Source: Psilocybe cubensis
Lineage: Eukaryota
Direction of reading: 5' to 3'
DNA length: 64,000 nucleotides
Assembly (NCBI GenBank): GCA_017499595.2
Contig: CM039001.1
Span: forward strand, 558,001 to 622,000
Made by a program: the position numbers and the translations under genes. The notes beneath the pieces were generated by a model that made no database searches, was not told the origin of the DNA, and worked only from the letters and a program-made list of their open reading frames with translations. This document shows, piece by piece, positions 51,888-64,000 of the stretch. How positions within the stretch are numbered: position 1 is the first letter of the stretch; every line of letters starts with the position of its first letter.

Positions 51888-54800
51888 TCACTGTAAAAAA
51901 CACCCAAAATCAGCTCCAAAATCACCAACATCAAAAAAAAAAAAAAAGAAACACGCACCATAAAGTACATCATATTCTGCGTCGAAGCATGCGCAGGCTT
52001 AAAATCCGCCTTGAAGCTCTCAAGCTTGAGATCGCGCTGCCCGCTGAGCTGCGTCGCGCTATCTGAAAAGTCTGATGGACCCGTGCCGGGCTCGTAGTGG
52101 TTCTTGGCGCGCGAGCAGACGATGTCGGCGTAGTAGACTGGTGCGGGGATGGACACGGAGCGCGTTGCTCGTGCGTAGACGTGGCAGAGCGCGAAAGAGA
52201 GATTTTGCATTGCGTCGGCACTAAAAAAAATCATTGTAAGAGAGTAAACCCAAAAAAATGAAAAGAAAAGAAAACCCACTTGAAATTGCTCTCGTCGTAA
52301 ATGACCGAATAATGCGCAGGCCGACTGGTACCCAACAAACCGCCATGAGTGAGCTGATAATAATCAAACTCCGTCGGATGTCCCAATCCCTCATCAATCG
52401 TCGTTCCAGCCGCACAATTGCCCGTGCGGTCCCCATCCTGCGCGAGCTGCGGGAACATGCGGATATGGTGCCGCTTGCCGACGATGATGAGCGTGATCTT
52501 CGCGTTGACGTTCATCGCTTTGCATGCGTCGCGGATCTTGGGCAGTTCTTCGTCCAGGACGTGTTGGAATTGGCCCTCGGATACGCCGTCGCGGTAGAAG
52601 ATTATGCGTGCGCAGGGCCGCCGTCCGGGTTCGACGCGTTCGCGGTACGTGTTGTATTTCGTAAACGCGAACTAAAAGCAGAAAATGCAGAAAAATTGTA
52701 AGTAAGTAGCAGAAAAAAAAAAAGGAAAAGGAAAGGGAAGCAACGCACTCTGACCATCTCCTCGAGATCCTGGATGATTTCCGTCTTGCCCTTCTGGACT
52801 TTGCTGATCGCGACGTACTTGGCCGTCGTCGAGTCGATGCTACTAACCAGACTAGTAAACGACGGGCGGCCCTCCGCGCCCGGAGCAGGGTGAATCACAT
52901 CCGCGCCCATAACAATAACAGGATTATGCGGGTCCTGCAACAGCTGATTGTCCGCAAGCACATTATTAATGCCCCCCAGCTTCACATTCACCTTCAGCAT
53001 CACATTCGCCCAATACTGCGGCTTCGCACCGCGGCATTTCGAACTTTTCAAACACTGCGTCGCAACCCCCCTCTGCACGTCTCCGAAATGCTTCACTTTG
53101 GTGTATATCTCGTTCCCGCCCTCAGGGAGAATGACGACGAAGAAACTCGGCACGCTGCCTTTGGTCGTGCGGCACGACAAGCCCGAGGCCGTGAGCTGCC
53201 CGATCACGTCCCCCTGCGGATTCAGCGTGAAGAGCATCGGCTGCGTCTCCTCGACGCGCATGCCCACCACCCTTGCAGCAGCGATAAAGTCCCCGACGAG
53301 CGCGCGCATATCCGGGAGCTGGAACCGCGGGTCGAACGAGCAGACGACCCAGCGCGGGCCGACGAGCGCGGGGCGGAAGAACTGCTTGTCGCGCATGTTC
53401 CACGCGCCGTGCGCGGGGCGCACAGTGCGCTCGCGGCTTGCGTCGCCGTATTTGAGCACGGGCGTCGCGAGCACGCGCGCTTTGACGGTCATGGGCGTCG
53501 GCGAGACGGTCAGCCCGAATTGGCGGACGTACTCGGACTGTCCGTATTGCAGGACGTTGAGGCCTTTGCGGATGGTGGCGAGCCGTTCGCCGGGTGTGAG
53601 TTTGGAGAAGTCGACGATGTCGGAGGTTTTGCTGTCTGGGATTTGTTTGCGCATGATTTGGCCCGGTGGGACTTCGCATAGCTCGAGCGGGACGACGGCG
53701 CCGCCTGTGCCAATCTACAACGTGAAAAGATCAATAATTTGTGTGAGAACAACGCGGAGAAATAGACAGACCTCTGCGCAGATGATATCAGGGAACTGAA
53801 GAGGCCGCCCAAACATCTTCCTAAAATACTCCGCGACAGTCGTCGTCGTGCCCTCGCGCGTCTGGAATGTGATCTTATTCGCGCCCTGGTGCGTCAAGCG
53901 CGTGATGACGCGCGGGTGGGCGCGGCCGCCCTGGCCCTTAGTGAGCACACGGATGCCCGCGACGAAGCGCTGCAGCGTGACCTTGCCCCTATCCCCCAAC
54001 TGCGCGAACGTCAGACGCGACGGATCGCGCATCTCCATGTACTCGAGACACAGATCGAGCAGTGCGCCGGAGCGGAACATCATCCCGGTCGAGATGTCGA
54101 GGTTGATGTACATCTTGTTCTGGGAGGGCCGGAGGGACTGGAAGTAGCCCCGCCAGAGCTCGATGCCTTTGCCGATGGCGCGCAGCCCCTCGGGGGTGAA
54201 GAAGGAGCGCGAGTTGAATGGGTATTTGAGGTTGGGCTGTTGGCGGATGGCGACGTTGAGCGCGGTGAGGGAGGTAGATACGGCGCTGTCGTATGCGTGG
54301 CGGCCTGCGATGAACTGGTGGAGGACTCTGCGGGGCGGAAGAAACGCGGGTAAATTGAGGAATTAGGTACAAACGGGATGGATGTACGTACTCGGTATTG
54401 ATCGCAGCGACCTTGGTCACCTTGATCTTGTACACCTTTGGGGGTTTGTCGTTGGCGGATGGAGGCCCCGCACGAGGCAAAGTTACGTCGAACTGCGCCA
54501 CACAAAAAAAACGGAGTCAGTTTACATACACACCCACGCATACGGCACGAGGCACAAAGGAAATAACGGTACCGATGCAGAGTCAGTTGGGCCTAGAGGC
54601 AGGGCATCCATGGTGTACGCGTTCTTGCGGCCGTCGTATACGGCGGGGTTGGCGAACACCTGAGGAGCAGTGTAGGTCTGGAGGCCCTCAAAGAGCTCCA
54701 TGTTGAGACGCGCAGGCAGCTTTTCGGGGTTGATAGCTGGACGTCGATATGGTCAAAAAACAGTCTAGGAGTCGCAAAATATGGGGTGCTTACCAACTAG

Positions 54801-55135
54801 ATGAAGAAAAGAGACATCAGAATGACATTAACTGGAATATAGACGACAACTCACCATCATAGTGGTGGATGATATTGTCAGGAATCTCGACAGCAAAGGC
54901 GTTGACGATGGTGTTGACGGCTCTTCCGCCAGTTCCATAGCCAGGTCTCCTTACTCCGATTGTTTTTACATGGTGAGCTAAATGAAAGATCAGGACAGTT
55001 GATGAAGACGGCGATGAACAGACCTTGAGTGGCAATTGCACCTCCGCGGGCCGCCGCTCCGCCGCGTACAGGACCACCAGCACCTCTGATTGCGGGACCG
55101 CCGCGACCACGACCAGCAGTGTTCTTTGGGGGCAT
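51888..55135 (-). CDS. Argonaute (QDE-2-like; N, PAZ, MID, PIWI), multi-exon
   Basis: RGG-rich start, [20 protein letters not shown]-type motif (INLDIS), [85 protein letters not shown]. Confidence 0.97.
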
Positions 55136-55435
55136 AGCAGTGAAGATGGGTTGATTAGAGGAAGAACAATGGCTGGGGGGTTCTGGCAAAGAAGAAATTG
55201 GATAACCTACACACATCGAGGCTTATGCTCTTAATATAGTCTCCGCCCGGCTATCCCCGCCTGTTCTTTTCTGCCTTTTTGGGACACTGGATGCATTGGA
55301 TGTGCTTTGAGGCGGGCCGTGTAGTTGCTCACAAATAGAACGTTTGCGCCATCGATGTACAATAATCCATTCATAACCGATCCCTTTGTATCTTACAAGA
55401 AAGACGCCCTTTCTCTCTTTCAACCTCAAGTTAAC

Positions 55436-58400
55436 ATGACAGGCCAAACGCCACCCATCCGAATAGCCATTCTTACAGGTGCGATAACACTAAAGCCTCC
55501 CTATTGTTCTGCCAATTCTTATTCACACCAGTCAGCGACACTGCTTCCGTCAATCCCACCTTTGACGCCTCTGGTCCCGCTATCAAACATTTTCTCTCCC
55601 AGCCACCCTATGCTACCTCATGTCTCGTCCTCGAAGACTTTATCCAGATCGTCCCTGACGAGCTCGCAGAAATACAAAACATCATCGAGCCATGGTGCGC
55701 GTCCAACTCTGTCGACTGGATCATCACCACTGGCGGCACAGGCTTTGGGCGGAGGGACGTCACTCCAGAGGTACGGTACGTCTTGATCTAATCGAAAAGA
55801 AGACGCTGACATTTCCACCCAACACAGGCGATATCCCCGCTCCTAACCCGCCCCGCACCAGGCCTCGTCCACCTCCTCCTCGCATCCTCCCTCACACACA
55901 CCCCGCTCGGCGCACTCTCCCGCCCCGTCGCAGGCACCATCGCCAACACCCTCGTCACCACCCTTCCAGGCAGCGTCAAAGCCGTCAAAGAGGGCCTCGC
56001 CGCGCTCCTCCAAGATGGCGTCGTGCTGCACGCGATTGACCTTGTACGCGGCGGGACGGGGCGGGAGGTGCACGCCAAGCTCGCTGCGGCTGCGGCTGTA
56101 GATGCAGGTGCAGGTGCAAGTGCAAGCGCAGGTGGAGAGGCAGATGCAGATGCAGGCGCGGGCTCGGGCACACGCGAAGTCTTACCCCGAGGAAACGTGC
56201 TAGCTGCAAATGACCAAGAGCAAGAGCAGGAGCAGGAGCATGGTCATGATCACAGTCATGGTCATGGGAATCGAAGCCACGCGCACTCTCATTCCCATTC
56301 CCATTCCCATTCTCATTCTCATAGCCACTCCCACAGCCGGAGCTCTGGATCTGTATCAGGATCAGGAGGCAGCCACCACCACCACCATCATCATCATCAT
56401 GGCCACCACACACCATCGCCCCGATCTGATACTGCGCTATCGCGCGATCCCACTTTATCTGGTACGTACATCCAACCCAAGATCTCTTTTTTTTCTTTGG
56501 TTCTTTTCTTCTTGCTCTTGCTCTTGTTCTTGTTCTTGTTTTACTGGATGATGCAACTCGGGCATATATCCGCTATTCTAATGTGAGCTACAAAGCGCAT
56601 ATACGGCGTATATATACAGCAGAGTCCACACTCACCTCCCAAAAAAACAAAATCATAAACAAAATGTCCCTGTTCAATCCATACACCCGTCCATACAACA
56701 CCTTCCCCCCTTCCCCTTCCCATTCCCTCTCCCCTTCCCTCTCCCATCACCATTCCCATTCCTACTCTCTTAACTTCTTTAACTACACCATGAAACGATA
56801 TACTAACACGAACTCACACACAGTATCCGCGCGCCACAGAAAATCGCCCTTCCCGATGATATCCCTCGAAGCGGCGCTCGCGGCTATTGAGAAGCATGTG
56901 CGTGTGTTGGATGTTGTTGTTCGGAAGGTGTGTGTTCCGGTTCTGTTGGTGTTTTGGTTTTTGTTTTTGTTTTTGTTTTTTGTTGGTGTTGGTGTTGGTG
57001 TTGGTGTTGCTCGCTCCATTCATGTACGCGGGCGCACGCGCACGTTTTAGCTTTTTCTTCCCTATTTCTCGTTTCTTATTTTTTTCATCTCTGATTTTAC
57101 ATTTCGCATTTCGCATTTCGAATTTCGAATTTCTGACTTTTGCAACGCACAGGTCGACCACACCCTCGCGGGGTACATCCTAGCAGAAGACGTCTTCGCG
57201 CCGCACGATGTCCCGCTCCGTCCAACGACGAGTGTGGATGGGTACGCTGTTTCGTGTATGTGTCTGTTTTTTTTTTTTGTTTCTTTCTTCTTTTTTTGTT
57301 TGTCTTTTCGATTTTGCTTTTTCTTTGCTTCTGTTCTGTTCTTTTATTTATGTTCTGTTCTTCTATTTATTGCTCTGCTCTGCTCTGTTCTTCTCTATTT
57401 TCCCATTCTCTATTCTGCCGTACATCTTCTATCTTCCGTGCTCTTTGCTCTCTTCTCTTCTTTTCCTGCTCTCCTATTTATTCACACCTCCCGTACATCG
57501 CGGCGCGGATCACGCGATACGCGTGAATTTCACATGATCGCGATCGTGATCGTGATCGTGATTTCGTGTTCAGGGATGATCACCAGATCATGCGATCATG
57601 GCAATCAACCACACACGCCACCCGATATGGTGTGTTAATTGCCTTGTATAGACTTGTGGGTCTCTGGGTACCATACCCCATCGTTGTTCTGAGATAAGAT
57701 AAGATGGCAGATGGCCACGATAGTTTAATTTGATCTAATCTACCCTTTCCTTTCCTTTCCCTTTCCCTTTCCCTTTCCTCTGCTTGTTGTGTTTCAATTT
57801 CTCGTCTTTGAAATTCTCGCCTTTTAACACCTCGTCTTTTAAATTCTCGTCTATTAACACCTCGTCTTCAACAGCGACGTTTCCGCCCGGGACGTATCCC
57901 GTTCTCACATCCTACTCATCCTCATCTTCGCATTCGCATTCGACATCGAACGGGACCGGCAATGGAGGCAGGTCCAGCTCGGAAACGAGACCGTACATCT
58001 ACCGCATCAACACCGGCGCGCCTCTCCCCCTCCCTCCCACAAACCAAAACCACGGAACCACATACACATACGACAGCGTGATAATGGTCGAAGACACCGA
58101 GCTCGTCTCAACACACAAACCCTCTCCAACCTCATCAGCGGAAGAAGCGGAGGTGCGCACGTTGGTGCAGGTGCGGGCTGGGGAGAATGTGAGGGTGCCT
58201 GGGTCGGATGTGCGCAGGGGGGAGAGGGTTGCGAGTAGGGGTCAGAGAGTTGGGGGAGGTGGGGGGGAGGTGGGGACGTTGGTGGGTGTTGGGAAGAGGG
58301 AGGTGGGTGTTTTTTTTTTTCAGATTTTTTTTTTGGATTTAGATTTAGATGCGGTGGTACGGTGGCTTTGCGAAACATTTACTAACTACCTATATCATTT

Positions 58401-59667
58401 CCTTCTCTGTTTCGTACAGGTGAAAGTGTACAAGAAACCCGTCGTCGCGCTTCTCAGCACGGGCAATGAGCTCGTGGATCTACATTCCTCCTCCTCTGCC
58501 TCCTCTGGGTCTTCCTCTGCCGATGCAGATGGAAATGGAAATGAGAATTGGGGCGGGATATACGATACCAACCGGCCGAGTCTCAGAGCTGTCCTTGAGG
58601 GCTTTGGGTACGAGGTGATAGATCTTGGGATTGTACCTGACGAGTACGTATATCATCTTTTCCTACGTATCAAAATTCATATAATAATAACTTTCACTTT
58701 TCACTTTTCACTTCACACTTCACACTTTCCACTTTCCACTCTACACTTCACACAGCATAACCGCACACACCGAGACACTCCGCGCAGCACTCGACCGCGC
58801 CGATCTGGTGCTGACGACGGGCGGGACGTCGATGGGACCGACGGACCTGCTGAAGCCTGTCATTGAGCGGTATCTGCATGGTACGGTGCATTTTGGGCGC
58901 GTGGCGGTTAAACCGGGGAAGCCGACGACGTTTGCGAGTGTGCCTGTTGAGGTTGCTGTTGTTGGTGATGATGAGGGTGATGATGAGGGTGAGGGTGCGG
59001 GTGATGCTGAGGGTGAAGAGTCTGCGTCTGCATCTGCGTCTGCGGGTGAAGGAGGAGGAGGAGAAGGAGTGAGGGGGAATAAGAGGACAAAGACGAAGAC
59101 GAAGACGGTGTATAAGCCTGTGTTTGCGCTGCCGGGAAATCCTGCGTCGGCGCTTGTGACGTTTTATGTGTTTGTGCTGCCTGCGCTGCGCCAGATGGGA
59201 GGGTGGCCCGAGAAGGAGCGGCAGTTGCCTCGCGTCATGGTCCAGGTGTGTGTTTTTTTTTATATCTCTCATAACATAATCCAAACAAACATCTCTGACA
59301 AACTATATCTCCTCCTCCCTTGTACTCGCAGATCCAAGACGCAATGCAACTCGACCCGCGCGTCGAATTCCACCGCGTGACTATAAAAAGCAACGGGTCA
59401 AGCACGGTGCTCAAGGCGTATAGCACGGGCGGGCAGCGCTCGAGCCGCGTCGCGAGTTTGGCTGGGGCGAATGGGTTCGTGGTGCTTCCTGCGCTGGATT
59501 TGCCCCATGGTCATGGTCATGGACACGGGCAGGGTGGGTTTGGATCTGGGTTTGGGCTGGGAGAGTTGGGCGATAAGGATCTGAGCTCGGGCGCGGGTGT
59601 GCAGACGCGCTTGGAGGTTGGGGAGTATGCCCAGGCGATCTTGATTGGGCCTGTTGAGATGGTGTAA
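55436..59667 (+). CDS. cnxE: Gephyrin-like molybdenum cofactor biosynthesis protein (MogA G-domain + MoeA E-domain; CnxE/Cnx1 type), multi-exon
   Basis: IAILT|VSD, IVPDE, IITTGGTGFGRRDVTPE, LSRPVAG, TLPGSVKAVKE; SVDGYA, INTGAPLP, DSVIMVEDT, LSTGNEL, DTNRPSL, TTGGTSMG, AVKPGKPTTFA, LPGNPASALV, QRSSRVASL. Confidence 0.93.
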
Positions 59668-61210
59668 AGTGGGAATGGGGGTATCGGGGTGGGTGGCATT
59701 GGGTTCGGGTTCGGGTTCTCTTTGTACATTAGGTTGTTGTGATTGTGGAATTTGTAAAGTAAAGCGATGTTGTGTGGGTGTTTGTACTGGGTGCTGTACT
59801 GTTAGTTGTATTTTAATTTTTTACATGGAATGATATGTATTTTAACGATGTACATCACGTTAGTGGTTCTTAGCTGGCAGAAAGTTGATTCAAGGCGAGT
59901 TGAAAGGCGGAGAAGTTCAAGGTTGGGGTAGTGTAATTGCTTTACAACAGATGATATACTAGATCAGCGTTGGTGATAAGGATGCCATCGAGGATTTGAC
60001 AGATTAAAAGTGGATTTGGGTGCCAGCCACATCGCGACGGCACTCTGCGTTCGATCCTTCAATTAGAAATGAATAGAACGCATAAAAGTTGTATGAATAG
60101 GTTCTCGTATTCAGTACTCAATACTCAAGTACTCAAGGCCAACGACAATCACATGGAAATTTCATATATTCATTGTTCGATACATAACATGTTGCGGTAC
60201 ACTAACAAAGGAGACTCGAAAACTACTACGATACAATTTTTTTCTTTCTTTTAATTTTTAATTTTTTTTTGGGATTTGTGGATGTAGAAAGAGGAACTGA
60301 AAATGATGAGAGAACAGGGACGACGAGAACGGGCGAAGAAAGCGAGAGCAGGTGTTGGAAAGCTGGTGATGAGGGATGTGGCATGGGAAGAGCAGGTCGT
60401 GATTGTCCATATGATGATAATGATGAGAGAATAGAAAAACAATGTGGAAAAGCATGAAAATCGGAACGTGCGTTGGGCGAGCTACGAGAAAGGTTGGGCA
60501 TTAGTCAAGGTAAAGGAAGATTGGAGCAGCGAATAGAGGCCTACCTTACGTCGCCCTCTCTTTGCCATTTGCAAAGCGTAACAGTTGTGCCTTGAGCACG
60601 AGGTATAGATGCAGGATATATTGAAAATGCTGGTATTCGGATGGTGGTATACTTGTCGTAGATGAGGGTAACCATGAAATATAATGCTGATATATGATGA
60701 AGATAGAGAAAGCAGAAGATGAAACAATGCAACTTGGGTCGCGCGAGCTATGAAGAAATTGTGGCATGAGTAAAAGTCGAAGAATGGTCAAAGGCAGCGG
60801 ATGAAGGCATACCTTACGTCGCGCTCGATGATGAGGTTTGTGCCGTTAGCACGGGGTGTACAAGTAGGATACATTAAACAAGATGATGCGATGGCGATGA
60901 TAGATGCATAAACCAGATGATGATAGTGGCATAGGAGGAAAAGAGGTCGAGGATGGTTGTGGAGAGAGTGCCACACGGAACGCAGGTAAACTTGAAAGCA
61001 GAGGCGGGATACAGATGGATGAGAGGCCGATGGAGTAAGAAACACCATCAAATGGGAAACCGAGTCGAGAGAACTACGAGTAAGCTTTGGTATCAGCAAA
61101 TTTAAAGGAAGATCGAGGCAGCAATTGAAGGTCTACCTGACGATGGCCTCTCTTCGAAGATTGTCAAGATTCCTCAGAATGAGGGTTGATCATTGGGTGT
61201 ATCGACACCG

Positions 61211-62463
61211 TCATCGTTGCCGAAACATTGCGCTGTTGACAAAAGTTTGTTTAATTGCGGAATGGAAGGGAAGGGAAGAGGACTGCTTACGAGGTGTAGT
61301 GTTCCACATTTGACAATAATAACCAAGATTGAGACTAAGCAATAAATAGAAGCTTGTGTCGCTGAGGTATTTCAAAATCTCATAGAATAACGCCGACATT
61401 TCGCTATCTGTCGGGAAAAGGTCGTGTTCCCCGGTGACTGGGTTCCAACCTAAATGCAGGTCGAAAAAGTTGGGTGGCCTCTCCGGAGGAATAGGCATAT
61501 TTCTGAGGGTGAGTTCAGGAGGAAATAGGGAGGTCCGAGTCCAACGGCAGAAGTAGAAATAAGCAACTGAGGGGTCAAAAAACCTTAGTAATTTGCCACT
61601 TGGCGTGAGGACAAATTGAGTGTAGGGTGTCCCTCGCACGAGCGACGCAACCTCGATTGCAAGGATGTCGTCCCAGGTGAGGCGGTTTGGCAAAGATGTG
61701 GACACTGACGACCAGAACACTGGTAAAAACATCGTAACTTGGTTGTGGATGGCGCTGGCACTACCATCTGCTGCTGTGAGGTATATATTCGCTTTACAAG
61801 AAAACTGGTTGGAACACGATTAGCAATTGTAATTGATGAGACAACGTAAAAACATACAATCTCATATAGGTCATTTCCCAACACTCTTAAGAGGTCTTGG
61901 CGTACTCGCGCATCATGTATCTGTAGTTCGACGAGGCGATCAGAAGTGAACAAAATTATAGAAACAAAGAACGCACGTTTAAAGCGGAAAATTCTTGAGG
62001 AAATGGCGAGCGCTTTGTGTGAAATAGCAACTGTCAGCTTTCCAAACATCTTGTGCAGCAGAGGAAGGCAACTCACATTAACCTGTTCCCATCTATGCTG
62101 CATAATGATAAGTGCTCTTTCGTGAAACATCTGTTGTGATGTCGGTTGTTCTTGCGAGAGAGTAGTAGGCTCTTGGTTTTGCATAGCATCTGAATTGTGG
62201 AAGTCGGGGACAACCACCGCTGTTATTTCGCTTTCGGCTTCTGGTGTGGGATCATTCACGCGAGAAGCTCCATTCCATCTATTCCTTAGCGCTTTAAGGT
62301 TCAAGATGGGGGTAAGAAATACGACATTTTCATGAATGAATGAGGTCCTACCGTTGTAACCTTCAGGACCAGACACGCTATACTCACGAATTACCGCGCG
62401 ACTCGGAGTTCCCCCTACCGGGATAAAGAATGTAGTATAGAGGGATCCAGTTGGATTAGCCAT
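61211..62463 (-). CDS. Orphan-family hypothetical protein Y, homolog of protein X
   Basis: ...QHRWEQVN|RSPFPQEFSALN|IHDARVRQDLLRVLGNDLYEI|FSCK...FLPVFWSS..LTWDDIL..VLTPSGKLLRFFD; same exon layout as X; 3' end uncertain. Confidence 0.65.
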
Positions 62464-62919
62464 AAGGTGGATCTAGGTTATTAACTAGTAGGAGATGAGA
62501 GAGAAGTATGGAGGATGCAAATGTGGCAGGATGCGCGATTTTAAAGCGTTATGCGGTCACGTTGTCGCTGCACTTTAGGGTAAACTTGAGCAAACTTGTC
62601 CGACTGTTGTTGATTCGTCAACATACGCGTTGTGCATTGTTTGGCTGCTCCGTCGGCCGGGGGATCCACTCCTCCACTCCCTGGCCGGCCCATCAGAGTC
62701 GGGGAGTTACGTGCCAATGTCACGGTGCGCGAGCACGACCCCTTGCTCAGCAGGCAATGTTTCCACATTACCGCTCGCTGGCTGATCGAATGTCGTACTT
62801 CGGTGAGCGTACTCCACCTGTGCTTCACAGTGTCGCAGTCTAGCAGACGTGAACCATGTCAGAAGATTCATGCATTACGCAGAGCACTACAGCGTATCTC
62901 AACAGGTCAGTGACCTCTG

Positions 62920-63900
62920 TCTATCCACGAACACTGTTGACAAAGGTTAGTATATAACGGCGATAGTAGATGGTCATCGACATACTGGTGATCCAAGAAT
63001 TTGCACTACAAAGACTATACCGTACCTCAATCATAGATGGCGACATTATGGAGGACAACGGAACGCCTGAAGCCAGCCGCGACCGATGCAAGCGCGACCA
63101 GAGCAATTCGTCTACCCTGTTCCGGGATCCAAGTCGTTGTGTGACCGCTACAAATCACCAATATGAAGTGGTATAGTGGCATAACCTCTATAGTTACCAT
63201 CCCACTGACCTTGTTCAAACATCCAGCAAGCCATGGACAGGATTGTTATCCACAATTTGTTGACACAGAACAGACTGGAACCAGATGGAGCATACATGTG
63301 TGTTGCTTCATACACCCTGCATCATATATCATGTTAGTGTTGTTTTTGAATCAGAATCAGAACTGGAGACACATCTCATGCATTATTTCATAGTTTTTGT
63401 GATGATTTTTCAGAGAAATACGTTAGGAATGATATTCCGAACGATATTTCTGTGATAAATCCCAACAAAAAGCACGAAATGATACAGGAAACGTATGTTC
63501 CGACAAGAAACCAGGTGGACTGAGCGGTCTGAAGTGGACAGGAGCCTTCTTGGTCTCGGGAAAGGACACCCATGGCCCCACAACCATTTAGGCTCATTTC
63601 TTCGTTCTTTCCCATACAAAGGAATTCCTTTGCTTAATGGAAATGCTTCATGGACCGATCCAGATCGAAGGTTCCTGTCACAGACTCTGTAACTTTGATC
63701 CATGTCAAATTGATCCCAGGCTTGTAAAAGCGAGTTCGGGATGACCCGAAGCGAGACGGTTTTGCCACCACATGGCGTGTCCTTGTGTCTCGTTTCCCTA
63801 GGAGGCACCGTTGATTTTCCAGTGCAGCCAAAATATTCGCTCTTCTTTTCGCAGTTTGGTTCATTGTTTTACGATTCAAGCCTCAACAGACGACACTATG
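62920..63900 (-). pseudogene. Decayed spliced coding sequence, inverted homolog of about 46900-47690
   Basis: HEAFPLSKGIPLYGKER vs HDAFPLSKIISLFGQER; FVLFVGIYH vs FVLFVGIFH; LSMACWMFEQGQWDG vs LSMACSMSERIHWDG; frameshifts; boundaries approximate. Confidence 0.6.
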
Positions 63901-64000
63901 CCCATGGCGAGTCAGTTGCGTGTACACGAATCAGATCGGACAGACCAGAGCCATTTTCTCGCTGAATAGTCCTTCCTTCCAGCCTCAAATATGAAACAGA

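Noticed and set aside
52258..54706. Long plus-strand ORFs (up to 283 aa) opposite Argonaute
   Set aside because: Shadow ORFs explained by GC-rich codon usage on the coding strand; no recognisable motifs
57505..57600. Structured ncRNA in a gephyrin intron (CACGCG-ATA-CGCGTG hairpin, GATCGT repeats)
   Set aside because: Explained by self-complementary microsatellite units in a repeat-rich intron; no tRNA or snoRNA signature seen

Overview
Eukaryotic, intron-rich fungal DNA; gene set and splice signals suggest a basidiomycete (Agaricomycete-type). Housekeeping genes, in order: K+/H+ antiporter, BUD31, an HVA22/REEP-family gene, lipoate-protein ligase, NDUFAF3-like, NDUFA8-like, a UTP8/NOL11-like gene, three HotDog thioesterases, SPC19, an Argonaute and a gephyrin/CnxE molybdenum-cofactor gene. 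The standout is a 7,547-bp element present as a near-identical head-to-tail dimer (19866-34965). The same 6-bp core, ACTTCT, bounds it at the left end, the internal junction and the right end, with short asymmetric inverted repeats around the junction. Each unit encodes three spliced genes: a tyrosine recombinase, a GEN1/Yen1-like (XPG/Rad2) nuclease with intact catalytic residues, and a SAP-domain protein. It sits 24 bp upstream of the UTP8-like start codon, and the recombinase of copy 2 carries a nonsense change. A second pattern is an old inverted duplication of an orphan module (decayed spliced gene, unknown gene, pyrimidine-rich tail) that brackets the Argonaute-gephyrin pair, with a third decayed copy at about 41.6-42.3 kb. 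All exon structures and family calls were made by eye; no database searches were run.
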